Shown here: positions 9,101-18,628 of the stretch, piece by piece | How positions within the stretch are numbered: position 1 is the first letter of the stretch | How the letters are laid out: each line of letters starts with the position of its first letter | Source: Candidatus Lindowbacteria bacterium RIFCSPLOWO2_12_FULL_62_27 | GTDB lineage: Bacteria; Lindowbacteria; 2-12-FULL-62-27 | Direction of reading: 5' to 3' | DNA: 64,000 nt | Assembly (NCBI GenBank): GCA_001784175.1 | Contig: MFPR01000028.1 | Location: 327,614 to 391,613, forward strand | Position numbers and translations under genes: made by a program | The notes under the pieces: generated by a model | What the model was told of the DNA's origin: nothing | The model's input: the letters and a program-made list of their open reading frames with translations, nothing else | Databases searched by the model: none

Positions 9101-10315
9101 ATGCGGGAAGATGGCGGGAAGCCTGAGACTCTGAGTTACCGGCGGCTCAAGCTGGAGCTGCTCCTGTACGGGATTGCCGTCGCCGACGAGCGGCTGTCGG
9201 AAAAAATCCTGCCGCTGCCGATCGAGGAGATTCCGGTGATCAGCCGGCGCGTCGACCTGACGTTTCCGGACGGGACCCGCGTCAACGCGCCCCTGGAGGA
9301 CGGCTCGCCCTACCAGCTCCGCCTCCTTCGGCCGGGCGTCGCGGTCCTCTCGGGGAAAGGCATGTCGGTCGAGGCGAAGAGCATCCTGACGTCGGATTTT
9401 CACCAGCGCCGGACGTCGCTGGGCAATCCGTTTTCGGAGATCGGCCAGATCTGCGGCGGTTATTTTTTCCTGCCGCTGGCGGGCGACCCGGCCCCTGCCC
9501 CGGCCGATTCTCCCCGGCCGCCGGCCGGCCTTGCGGGCATCGCCGTCCAGCATGACCTCCGGGAAGTCCACGAAGTCCTGAAGGCGGCCTTCGATGAGGG
9601 GCTGGTCGAAGTCGTCAAGATCGCGATCCACTCGCCGACGGCCTTCGACAAGCCGGCCGTCGAGCGGCTGTTGCCGTATCTCGAAATGGTGAAGAGCAAC
9701 TTCAAGTGCATGGTGAGCCTGTCGATCTCGCCGCCGAAGGAGTTCGGGTTGCTGTCCCTCCTCTACGCCCGCGGCGTCGACGTGATCTTCTGCGACCTCT
9801 TCCTGGTGGACGAAAAACGCTCCGCGCTTCATCTGCCGGCGCGGTCGCACTTTTCGGAGGAGGACATCGTCGAAACGCTCAGCCGGCTCGTTGGCATCTT
9901 CCCGCGCGGCACGGTGCTGTCGAAACTTATTCTGGGCTGGGAGCCGATCGAAGAAACCGAGCGCGCGGCCGAACACCTGCTGTCCATCGGCGTCGTGCCG
10001 GTCCTCAGCCTCATTCCCGCCGGCCGGGACCGGCTGTCGAACGTGGTCCGCGAAGCGATTTTCGATTTCCTGCTGTCCTTGAACCTCGATCTCGACCGCA
10101 ACCTCTATTCGCGCTGGCTCCACTCGCATCTCCATCTCATTTCCGACAGCATCACGCCCAACGACAGCCTCGAAATCGACATGCGCGAAAAAGGCGCCTC
10201 CGCCTGGACCGACCGGATCCTCATGGCCCGCTGGTCCCGCCGGTCCCTTTCGAGCGCATGGGCCCTGCGGCGGTATTTCAAAGTCATCGAGGGAGGGCCG
10301 GCGTCGGATGGCTGA
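9101..10315 (+). CDS. Radical-SAM-like barrel protein lacking the CxxxCxxC motif
   Basis: LYARGVD, IFPRGTVLSKLILGWEPIEET, LLSIGVVPVL resemble biotin-synthase-related radical SAM C-termini; no Cys triad. Confidence 0.55.
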   Translation: MREDGGKPETLSYRRLKLELLLYGIAVADERLSEKILPLPIEEIPVISRRVDLTFPDGTRVNAPLEDGSPYQLRLLRPGVAVLSGKGMSVEAKSILTSDFHQRRTSLGNPFSEIGQICGGYFFLPLAGDPAPAPADSPRPPAGLAGIAVQHDLREVHEVLKAAFDEGLVEVVKIAIHSPTAFDKPAVERLLPYLEMVKSNFKCMVSLSISPPKEFGLLSLLYARGVDVIFCDLFLVDEKRSALHLPARSHFSEEDIVETLSRLVGIFPRGTVLSKLILGWEPIEETERAAEHLLSIGVVPVLSLIPAGRDRLSNVVREAIFDFLLSLNLDLDRNLYSRWLHSHLHLISDSITPNDSLEIDMREKGASAWTDRILMARWSRRSLSSAWALRRYFKVIEGGPASDG

Positions 10316-11747
10316 CTTCGAGAACATCCAGATCGACCGCCGGCCCCTCTGGGCCGTCCTCATCTCCAAGGTCTGGCGCACGGCGCTTTTCCTCTGCGTG
10401 TTCGCCGGCCTCGTCTGGGTCCTTCGGCACAACCCACCCGCGGGTTGGACGCCGGTCAGCTTCAAGGCGTTTTCCATTTTCTGCTTCATCGTGTTCCTCT
10501 GGGCCACCGGTCTCATCCCGCCGCCCATCGCCTCGGTCTTCGCGATCGTCCTTCTGCCGATGGCGGGCGTGATCACGTCGAAGGAGGCGTTCGCGCTGTT
10601 CGGGAGCGAATCGGTTTTCTTCGTGCTCGGCGCGCTGATCCTCTCGGCCGCGATTTATATGAGCGGCCTGGCGCGCCGTCTGGCGCTGCTCTTGCTCAAG
10701 GCTTTTGCCGACACGCCCCGCCGGCTGGTCACGGTCGTCTTCCTGTTCTGCGCCCTCGCGTCCTTTTTCATGCTCGGCAACGGCGTCGCCGCCGTGATCC
10801 TGCCCATCGTCCTCTCGATCATCACGGAGCTGAAGCTCGAACGGATCCATCCCAACATTCCGAGAGCCGTGGTCACGGCGATGTGGTGGGGCACGTCGAT
10901 CGGGAGCATCGCGACGGTTCTGGGCGGCGCCCGCACCATTCTGACGCTGGCGATTCTCGAGCAGGTGACGGGCAAGTTCGTCGGATTCCCGGGCTGGAGT
11001 CTGCACGTGCTACCGATCTCGGTGGCCTTGATCGCCGTCGCCCTCTGGATCCTCCACCGGCATTTCGCGCTGCCCGAAACGTCTCTCGAGGCCCTCCGGC
11101 CCTTTCTCCAGAACCGGCTCATCCAGATCGGCCGCATGCGCGCCGCGGAGCGGTTCACCGCCCTCGTCCTCGTCCTCACCATCCTCGCGTGGGTCACGCT
11201 CGGCCGGCGCTACGGGATGGCGGCCGTGGCGCTTTCGTCCATCGTCGCATTTTTTGTGTTTCGCATATTCAACTGGGAAGAGGTGGAAGGCTACGTCAAC
11301 TGGGGCGTGATCCTGATGTACGGCGGCGCGGTCACGCTGGGCGTGGCGCTCGTTCAGTCCGGCGCGGCCGCGAAGATGACCGACCTGCTCGGCGCGCACA
11401 TCCCGGCGTCCGGCGTTCTCTTTCTGACCGCGCTCTTCGCCGTCGTGCAGCTCTTCACTCAAACCATGAGCGCGTCGGCCACCGTCGCTATCTTTCTCCC
11501 GGTCGCCCTCAGTCTCGCGCCGGCCACCGGCGTGCTGCCCGCGTCCTGCGCCTTCGCCGTCGGCGCCGCCGCCGGCCTCCATCTTTTGCTTCCGGCCGGC
11601 GGACCCAACGCGGCGCTGGCCTATTCGACCGGATATCTCAAGACAGGTGACCTGATCCGGCCGGTGGGCCTCATTTTTGTTTCGAGTGTTCTGATTTTCG
11701 CCGCCGTCGCCGGATTCTGGTGGCCCGTCCTGGACGCCGCAAGGTGA
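10308..11747 (+). CDS. SLC13/DASS family anion permease
   Basis: Multi-TM protein; SIGSIATVLGGART, VNWGVILMYGGAVTLG, GGPNAALAYSTG. Confidence 0.88.
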   Translation: MADFENIQIDRRPLWAVLISKVWRTALFLCVFAGLVWVLRHNPPAGWTPVSFKAFSIFCFIVFLWATGLIPPPIASVFAIVLLPMAGVITSKEAFALFGSESVFFVLGALILSAAIYMSGLARRLALLLLKAFADTPRRLVTVVFLFCALASFFMLGNGVAAVILPIVLSIITELKLERIHPNIPRAVVTAMWWGTSIGSIATVLGGARTILTLAILEQVTGKFVGFPGWSLHVLPISVALIAVALWILHRHFALPETSLEALRPFLQNRLIQIGRMRAAERFTALVLVLTILAWVTLGRRYGMAAVALSSIVAFFVFRIFNWEEVEGYVNWGVILMYGGAVTLGVALVQSGAAAKMTDLLGAHIPASGVLFLTALFAVVQLFTQTMSASATVAIFLPVALSLAPATGVLPASCAFAVGAAAGLHLLLPAGGPNAALAYSTGYLKTGDLIRPVGLIFVSSVLIFAAVAGFWWPVLDAAR

Positions 11748-11752
11748 GTCCC

Positions 11753-12238
11753 ATGAAGAAAACCTCCAAACCGCCCGTCCTCCTGGTCCTGACCACCACC
11801 AAATCGGGGATCCGGTCGGAGTCGGAGGCGATCCGGGAGGCGCTGGATCGCAAGGCTCCGCTCTGCGCCCTGTTCGTCCTCGACCCCGCGCTTGCAACGC
11901 CCGCAAGTCAGAAACTTCTCAGCGCCGTCATGGGCCCCGCCGCCGCACGGCCGCTCGGGAAGGAACTTTTGAAGGACTACGAAAACCGCGCGCGCGTGCG
12001 GTTCGAGGAGATCAAGGCCGACTGCGAGGAGATCGGCGTCGAATTCGAATCCCGCGTGTGCCGCGGGCCGTTTGTGGACGAAGTCCGGTCCTACGTGCAG
12101 TCGCGCGAGCCATCGGTGGTGATTCTCCCCAAACGGCCGAAATCCTTTCTCAGCCGGATATTCATGCGCGACGAGCTGGCCATCATCAAGAGCACGGCGC
12201 CCCACACGCTGATTCGGATCATCGAGGAGGAGATATGA
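11753..12238 (+). CDS. Universal stress protein family
   Basis: USP-like pattern (LFVLD...VCRGPFVDEV...VVILPK); located after a DASS permease. Confidence 0.7.
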   Translation: MKKTSKPPVLLVLTTTKSGIRSESEAIREALDRKAPLCALFVLDPALATPASQKLLSAVMGPAAARPLGKELLKDYENRARVRFEEIKADCEEIGVEFESRVCRGPFVDEVRSYVQSREPSVVILPKRPKSFLSRIFMRDELAIIKSTAPHTLIRIIEEEI

Positions 12239-12669
12239 GAATCCTGAGGAAATGTCTCGACCGCATGATCGAGCTGGCCCGCCGCGACGCGCCCAACGAG
12301 ACCTGCGGTCTCATGACCGGCCCTCCAGGGCTTGTCCGCGTCGTTCATCCCATCAAAAACGTTTCTCCGGAGCCCCGCATCCGTTACGAATTCCATTCCA
12401 ACCAGCATGTCTACATCCTCGGCTGTCTCGAGCGCGAGGGCATACCGGTCCTCGGTGTATATCATTCCCACCCGGAATCGCAGCCCTTCCCATCCCCCAC
12501 GGACGTGGCTCGTGCCGTGCTCACGGACGGCACGCCGCTTTGGCCCGATTATCGCTACGTCATCCTTTCCCTCGAAACGCCCGAGCGGCCCCAGGCCCGC
12601 GCGTTTCGGATCTTGCAAGGCGGCGAAATCGAAGAAGAGGAGCTGAAGATAGAAGACAACGCGCCGTGA
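12235..12669 (+). CDS. JAB/MPN (M67, Mec+-like) metalloprotease
   Basis: PNETCGL and JAMM motif YHSHPESQPFPSPTD; GAGGAG RBS; ATGA overlap. Confidence 0.92.
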   Translation: MRILRKCLDRMIELARRDAPNETCGLMTGPPGLVRVVHPIKNVSPEPRIRYEFHSNQHVYILGCLEREGIPVLGVYHSHPESQPFPSPTDVARAVLTDGTPLWPDYRYVILSLETPERPQARAFRILQGGEIEEEELKIEDNAP

Positions 12670-14918
12670 CGCCCATCCTCCATCAGGCCGGCCGGTTCCT
12701 GATTTATTTCTCCCTCCTCGTCATTCCCGTCGCCAACGCGCCGATCACCGCCGACACGCTCGAAATCAAGGCGCATCTCTTCCGAATCCTCGGCGCCGCC
12801 GCCGCGCTCCTCTCCTTCGCCGCGGCCGCGACCGGCCGGCCCCGGCATCCCGACGCAGTCGACCTGGCACTCGCCCTGTGCTGGACGGCGCTGGCCGCAA
12901 GTGTCTTCGGCGCGGACAGCCGGCCGGCGGCCCTGCCGGGCGCTCTGGACGTGGCGGCGTCCCTGGGATTTTTCGGTCTGGCCCGCACGGTTTTTTCCGG
13001 ATCGCAAAGCCCGCTGCCATCGGCGCAAATCTCAAACCGGCTGATGTGGGTGGTGGGCCTCTCGGCCGTCCTTCCCGCCCTGCTTTTTTTGGGTGAATAC
13101 AAACGGATCGGCATTTCAGACACGCTGGGCAATCAGAACGTGGTCTCGCACTATCTGATCCTGTGTCTCAGCGCGCCACTTTTTGTGCTTCTGTCTTCAT
13201 CCCCCCATGCATTGGGGGGAAAGAGGGGGGTCTCCGCATTTCTGTTTTTTCTCGCCCTCCTCTGGGTGATCTGGCTGACGGCCGCGCGCGGCGCCGTGGT
13301 CGGCCTTCTGGTGTCGGCCGCTGTCGTTGCCGTTCTCTGGACGGTGCGGGCGTGGCGCCGGATCGCGCGTCACATGCGACTCGCGCTGTGCGCCGCCTGT
13401 GTCATCCTCACGCTCGCCGCCCCCGCGCTCCTGTACCGATACGCCACCACGACCGACTTCAACGTCTCGGTCCGGTTCCTGAGCTGGAAATACTCCATCT
13501 CGCTTCTCTCGGGCAATCATCTCTGGTTTGGATGCGGCCCGGGAACGTTCAGCGCCGCCTTCGAAAAAACCAAACTCTGGATGACGGACCGCGACGCCGA
13601 ACTTTTGGGCCACCTCAGCGTTAATTACGCGCACAACGACTACGTGGAATTCGCGGTCGAACAGGGAGCGCTGGGTCTCACGGCGTTTTTGTTTCTGGTC
13701 TTCGCCAGCCTCTCGCCCCCCGCATCGCGCTGGATCGCGGGGCGGCCGCATGCCGCCGCCGGAACGGCCATGCTGGCCGCGCTCGTCGCGAGCCTGTCCC
13801 AGGCGTTTTTTGATTTCCCTTACCATGTTCCGCCGCCCCGCATGCTGTTCTACATCCTGCTTGGCGCCGTATCGGCGCCGCCCCGCGACGCGTCCGAGCC
13901 GGAGACCGCGCCTGAAACGGCGCGGTCGTGGATGGCGGCCATCGCGGTTATGGTTCTCTCGATTCTTCCCGCGTTGCCCGTCGCGCCGGTCTACTCGGCG
14001 TCGATGCTCTCTCGCGTGGCCGAATCTCCCTTCAAGTCCGGCCGATACCAGGAAGTCCGCCACCTCCACGCGATGGCCCAATTCGCCGATCCGACTCGCA
14101 GCCTCTACGCATTCCGGCGGGGTCTGGGGGAAGAGCAGGCGGGGATGCTTCAGGAGGCCGTCCAGTCCTTCAAGTCGGCGCTCGAACTTCAGCCCTATTT
14201 TCCCAATCTCTACTTCCATCTCGGTACCTCGGCCCTGAACACCGACCCGTCGCGCGCCGCGACGGCTTTCTACGCGGCGACGGCCTTCGGGGTCAATACC
14301 GTCGCCCTTCATAATCTCGCGGCCATGGGACTTGCCTTGGGCGACAGCCCCGCCGCCGCGGCGATTTACACCGAAATCGCCCGCATGAATCCCGAGGACC
14401 ATCAGGCGCGTCGCAACGCCGAGGTTCTGCTCATGCGGGAACACCGCGCCAAATCCGAAACGTTTCGGCGCGCAAGCGAATTCTACCAGCGCGGGCAGAT
14501 GGACCTCGCCGAACCGGCCGCGGAGAGGTACCTGAAAGAACAGCCGGATGATCCCGACGGCATTTTCCTCTACGCGCGCATTCTCTTTCACCGAAACCGC
14601 CAGGAGGAGTCCGGCCGGTTCTTGAAAAAATATCTCGCCCTCGTCCCGGACGACCCGGAAGGATATTATTATCTGGGGAACGTCCATTTCATGGCGAACC
14701 GGTATCCGGAATCCCTTGGCCTTTTCCTGAAGGCCGCCCGGCTGAATCCCGAATCGCCCAAAATCCATTACAACCTTGGCGTGAGCTATTTTTCTCTCGG
14801 TGACACCCAGTCGATGAACGACTGCTTCGACACGGTCCTTCGGATCAATCCAAATGTTTCGACCCGGCCGAAAATCGAGGAAATCCGGCGCGCCGCGCGG
14901 CAGGGCCGGCGGCCATGA
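12666..14918 (+). CDS. O-antigen ligase family (Wzy_C) membrane protein with TPR repeats
   Basis: LTAARGA, FGCGPGTF, AHNDYVEFAVEQG; C-terminal TPRs (YYYLGNV, HYNLGVSY); GTG start overlapping the JAB stop. Confidence 0.85.
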   Translation: MTPILHQAGRFLIYFSLLVIPVANAPITADTLEIKAHLFRILGAAAALLSFAAAATGRPRHPDAVDLALALCWTALAASVFGADSRPAALPGALDVAASLGFFGLARTVFSGSQSPLPSAQISNRLMWVVGLSAVLPALLFLGEYKRIGISDTLGNQNVVSHYLILCLSAPLFVLLSSSPHALGGKRGVSAFLFFLALLWVIWLTAARGAVVGLLVSAAVVAVLWTVRAWRRIARHMRLALCAACVILTLAAPALLYRYATTTDFNVSVRFLSWKYSISLLSGNHLWFGCGPGTFSAAFEKTKLWMTDRDAELLGHLSVNYAHNDYVEFAVEQGALGLTAFLFLVFASLSPPASRWIAGRPHAAAGTAMLAALVASLSQAFFDFPYHVPPPRMLFYILLGAVSAPPRDASEPETAPETARSWMAAIAVMVLSILPALPVAPVYSASMLSRVAESPFKSGRYQEVRHLHAMAQFADPTRSLYAFRRGLGEEQAGMLQEAVQSFKSALELQPYFPNLYFHLGTSALNTDPSRAATAFYAATAFGVNTVALHNLAAMGLALGDSPAAAAIYTEIARMNPEDHQARRNAEVLLMREHRAKSETFRRASEFYQRGQMDLAEPAAERYLKEQPDDPDGIFLYARILFHRNRQEESGRFLKKYLALVPDDPEGYYYLGNVHFMANRYPESLGLFLKAARLNPESPKIHYNLGVSYFSLGDTQSMNDCFDTVLRINPNVSTRPKIEEIRRAARQGRRP

Positions 14919-15334
14919 GCCTTCGATCGGCCGCGCTCGCCTTTTTCGTTCTGCTCGGCCTCGTTGCGGCGGCGCTCGGCGCGGCCTCTCGCATGATCGT
15001 GCGGCGTTCCGTGCCGGTCGAACCGTTTCTGTCGGCGGCGCGCGCGTCCGAGTCGCGGGGTGAGTTGGACCTCGCCGGGCGGCTGATGGTGAAGGGCGTC
15101 TTTTATTCGGCGGAACCGGAGCGATTCATCCAGCTCGCCGCGCCCAAGTCGGCGTTTGCCGATTACCTCAACGGCCTTCTGGCGATTCGCCGCGTCGACC
15201 TGTCCGGCGCGGAAGGCTTCCTGTCGCGCGCCGCCGCGTCGGGCGCGCCGCTCCTCGCGACCCGGGCGAAGCTGCGGCTCGATCACGTGCGATACGGAAC
15301 CGGCCTGCCGCACATGGAGGAAATCCCATTCTGA
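14915..15334 (+). CDS. Hypothetical protein, N-terminal TM plus short helical domain
   Basis: Start and stop coupled to both neighbours. Confidence 0.6.
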   Translation: MSLRSAALAFFVLLGLVAAALGAASRMIVRRSVPVEPFLSAARASESRGELDLAGRLMVKGVFYSAEPERFIQLAAPKSAFADYLNGLLAIRRVDLSGAEGFLSRAAASGAPLLATRAKLRLDHVRYGTGLPHMEEIPF

Positions 15335-15567
15335 TGGCGCGCTTCGCCTTCCCGGGAATTTGTCTCCTTTTCTTCGCGGCCATCTTCGCTCAAGCCCTCA
15401 CGGTCTTCATCCCGATCGTTTCAAGACTTCTGTTCGATCCCGGCCCGTCCGGCCAGGCCTTGCGCCAGGCGCTGAAATGGATATCTCTGCACCTCGCCGT
15501 CCCCCTCGCCGGCGCGATCGCCGGCGGCGCCGTCGTTGTGTTTCGACAGCGTCGAAGCTCCAGGTGA
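15334..15567 (+). CDS. Small two-TM membrane protein
   Basis: Two hydrophobic segments; overlaps neighbours at both ends. Confidence 0.55.
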   Translation: MARFAFPGICLLFFAAIFAQALTVFIPIVSRLLFDPGPSGQALRQALKWISLHLAVPLAGAIAGGAVVVFRQRRSSR

Positions 15568-17216
15568 ACCTGCGACTCGCCCGGTCCTTCGAGCGCGTCC
15601 TCGACTGGATCCGGGAAAACAAACCGCTCGAGGCCACCGCCCTCGGCATTCACGACCAGGATCATCGCGTCGATCCGCTCGCCCGCGACCGCCGCGAACC
15701 GGCGGAGCGTCTGTCGGACATCCGCGCGGCCGTCCCCGCCGGCGGGCCTCCGGACGACGCGCTGGACGCGGGCGCGCTCCGCGCCTGGCTGTCCGAGATC
15801 GCGCTCACCGAGTACGAATTCGATCTCCCGGCGCGCTCGGCCGGACACATGCTCGAAGATTTCTTGACCGCCCTCTTCCATCAGGTCAACGGAACCTACG
15901 CGGCGCCGGTCGAACGGTTCGGCGCGCTCCTCTACCGGCTCCGAGAACTCCAGCGGCTCCTCGGGCAGGTGCTCCTTGTGCTTCAGGAATCGGCCGCGCG
16001 CGGGATCGTGCCCACCGCATGGACGGAACACGGAATGGACGTCGCCGAAGACGGCGCGAAATATCTGCTGGCCATCCGGCGCGAACTTCCGCGCTGGCTC
16101 CCCTCCAAAGCCGTCGCGCCGCTGCGCCGCGCGGTGGCCGAAGAGCTGACCCGCGCGTCCCGGGCCTGCATGGAATTTCGCGCTGATCTCCAAAAACGCA
16201 TCCTTCCCAAAAGTTCGCCCCAGGCCGCCCACGCCGGGCCGAAACTGTTCGGCCGGATTTTGGTGGAGGCCCACCGGATGCCCGCGGATCCCATGCCGTT
16301 TGTGAGGGAGGCGGAAGATGAAAAAAACGAGATTCTCATGCGGCTCGAAAAACTGTCTCTGAACATCTGCGGCGACGCCGACTGGCACGCGGCCGCCGAC
16401 CAACTCGCCCGGCATCATCCGGCGGCTGGCGAACTCATCCCGGCCTTCCGGCGCGAAACCGGGAAACTTCTGCGCTTTGTCGAAGCCCGCAAGATCACGG
16501 CCATGCGCAGCGACAGCTCGCTCGAGGTCATCGAAACGCCGCCGTTTGAACGCGCCAGCATCCCGTACGCCGCCTACCAGGGCGCGCCGGCCTTCGAACG
16601 GCGCGAACGGCTCGGATATTTTTTCGTCACGCCGCCGGATCCCCGCGCCTCCGCCGCCGCGCGGCTGCGGCACCTTCGAGAGTTCCCCACCGCGTCCATC
16701 GTTCTCACGGCCGCGCACGAAGGCGTTCCCGGCCACCATCTTCAGCATCTCGTCGCCCACGCGTCGGCGCGGCCGATCCGGTGGATGGTGTGGGATTCGT
16801 TTTTCGGAGAGGGCTGGGCGCACTATTCGGAAGGTCTCGTGTTCGGCGCCGGTTTCCCCTCGGACGAGCGATCGGAGTTTTTTCTGCTCAAGGACCGCCT
16901 CTGGCGCTGCGTGCGCGTCAAACTCGACGTCCAAATCCACACTCGGAATCTCCCACTCGCCCAGGCCGCCTCCATTCTCGCCAGAGAGGCCGGACTGTCC
17001 CGCGAGGGCGCGTGGGGGGAAATTGTCCGCTACAGCCTCGAACCGACGCAACCGATGTCATACTTCGTCGGCCGCAAGTGGTTTGAGCGGCACGCAAGGG
17101 AATCGCGCCTGAGCGCCAGAGGCGGCGATGAGCCCGCCGCATTCTACGACCGCGTTCTCAGCTTTGGCGCGGTTCCGCTGCCGCTCGCGGAAAAACGCCT
17201 GTGTCAAAAACCGTGA
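15564..17216 (+). CDS. DUF885 family protein (zincin-like)
   Basis: AHEGVPGHHLQ, FGEGWAHYSE, RYSLEPTQPMSYFVG; GTG start at 15564. Confidence 0.88.
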   Translation: MNLRLARSFERVLDWIRENKPLEATALGIHDQDHRVDPLARDRREPAERLSDIRAAVPAGGPPDDALDAGALRAWLSEIALTEYEFDLPARSAGHMLEDFLTALFHQVNGTYAAPVERFGALLYRLRELQRLLGQVLLVLQESAARGIVPTAWTEHGMDVAEDGAKYLLAIRRELPRWLPSKAVAPLRRAVAEELTRASRACMEFRADLQKRILPKSSPQAAHAGPKLFGRILVEAHRMPADPMPFVREAEDEKNEILMRLEKLSLNICGDADWHAAADQLARHHPAAGELIPAFRRETGKLLRFVEARKITAMRSDSSLEVIETPPFERASIPYAAYQGAPAFERRERLGYFFVTPPDPRASAAARLRHLREFPTASIVLTAAHEGVPGHHLQHLVAHASARPIRWMVWDSFFGEGWAHYSEGLVFGAGFPSDERSEFFLLKDRLWRCVRVKLDVQIHTRNLPLAQAASILAREAGLSREGAWGEIVRYSLEPTQPMSYFVGRKWFERHARESRLSARGGDEPAAFYDRVLSFGAVPLPLAEKRLCQKP

Positions 17217-18628
17217 ACGTCGATCAGGTCCGGGCCGGCATGGCCCGCGAGATGCACTCGATGCCGTCGGCCGCCCGCCGGGAGATGGTCGAGACCCTGC
17301 GGACGCTGGCGATGCGGCGCAGCATCACCTACGAATACGACAAATCGAGCGGAGAAGAGCCCATCCGGATTTTGTTCCCGCCCGTCCTCCTCGATCAGGC
17401 CGATCTCAGGCCGATCTACGACGTCAGCCTCCGGATGTCTCACGCCTGCGAGCGGGCCCTCGGCCTCTTCCTGGAACGTGAGGACGTCCGGAACATCCTG
17501 CCGCTGGAATATGAAGAAGAGCGCTTTCTGTTCGGCATTTCCCCTGAGTCTCACGCGCGGTCGCCCGCGATCTGGCAGAGGCTCGACGCGGCGATGGATC
17601 CGGCCCGGCCCATGGACACGCTCCGATTCCTTGAAACCAACATGAATTCCGTTGGCGGCGTTTACTACGCGCCGGCCGTCGAAAAGCTGTCGATGGAAGT
17701 CGTGTTGCCCAAGCTCCTTCACCCGCCGCAACTCGACCGTGTATCGCCCCTCGATGATCTCGAAAAACTTCTGTACGCCCTTCTCTGCCGCCACGCCCGC
17801 CGCCTCGGGATTTGGTCCCCGGCCGAAGCCCCGTTTCCGCACGTCCCCCTGCGCGTCGCGGTGGTCGAAAACGATCCCGGCGCCGAGGGGCCCACCGAGA
17901 CGCCCGCCGCGATCGAGGGACTCTGCGCCATGGGTGCCGACGCCTTCGCCGCGCGCCCCGAGGAGTTCGAAATCCGCGGCGACCAGCTCATTCATCTCGG
18001 CCGGACGGTCGATCTCGTCTACCGGCTGTTCGAAATACGCGAACTCATGGAAATGAAACCGATCGAAGCGCTCAAGCTCGCCTTCGCCGGCAACCGCGCC
18101 GTGTCCGGCGCCGGGGGCGAGTTCGACCACAAGAGTGTTTTTGAATTGTTCACCTCGGCGGCCTTCGACCGCCTGTTCTCGGCGGAGGACCGCCGCGCGT
18201 TTCGGGCCCATGTCCTCTGGACCCGGCTGCTCAGGGAAACCTTCACCGACGCGCCGGACGGATCCAAAATCGATCTCCCAGAATTCGCCTTCCGCGCCCG
18301 CGACGCGCTTGTCCTCAAACCCAACCGCTCCTACGGCGGCGACAGCATCGTGATCGGAAGAGAAACAGACGACGGGACGTGGCAGTCAGCCGTCGATCGC
18401 GCCATGTCCCAACCGGACCGGTTCGTCGTCCAATCGGTCTGCCCCCTGGCCGAGATGCCCTTCACCGTGATCGACCCGGCCGGCGGCGCGGTCGAGGAGC
18501 GCCTCAAGGTCGTCTTCGGCCTTTCCTCCACGCCCGACGGATTCGGCATCATCGGCCGCGCCTCGCGGTCCTCCGTCGTCAACGTCGCCCGGCACGGAGG
18601 CCTCACGCCGGTCCTCCAGGCTTCTTAA
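17201..18628 (+). CDS. Circularly permuted ATP-grasp (type 2 / glutathionylspermidine-synthase-like) ligase
   Basis: RLDA...RFLETN, LVLKPNRSYGGDSIVIG, FVVQ, VVNVARHGG. Confidence 0.78.
   Translation: MSKTVNVDQVRAGMAREMHSMPSAARREMVETLRTLAMRRSITYEYDKSSGEEPIRILFPPVLLDQADLRPIYDVSLRMSHACERALGLFLEREDVRNILPLEYEEERFLFGISPESHARSPAIWQRLDAAMDPARPMDTLRFLETNMNSVGGVYYAPAVEKLSMEVVLPKLLHPPQLDRVSPLDDLEKLLYALLCRHARRLGIWSPAEAPFPHVPLRVAVVENDPGAEGPTETPAAIEGLCAMGADAFAARPEEFEIRGDQLIHLGRTVDLVYRLFEIRELMEMKPIEALKLAFAGNRAVSGAGGEFDHKSVFELFTSAAFDRLFSAEDRRAFRAHVLWTRLLRETFTDAPDGSKIDLPEFAFRARDALVLKPNRSYGGDSIVIGRETDDGTWQSAVDRAMSQPDRFVVQSVCPLAEMPFTVIDPAGGAVEERLKVVFGLSSTPDGFGIIGRASRSSVVNVARHGGLTPVLQAS

Noticed and set aside
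8534-12669. Ubl plus JAB as a CBASS/Bil-type antiphage conjugation system
   Set aside because: No E1, E2 or CD-NTase; the context (ThrC-like, NIL, rhodanese) points to sulfur transfer.
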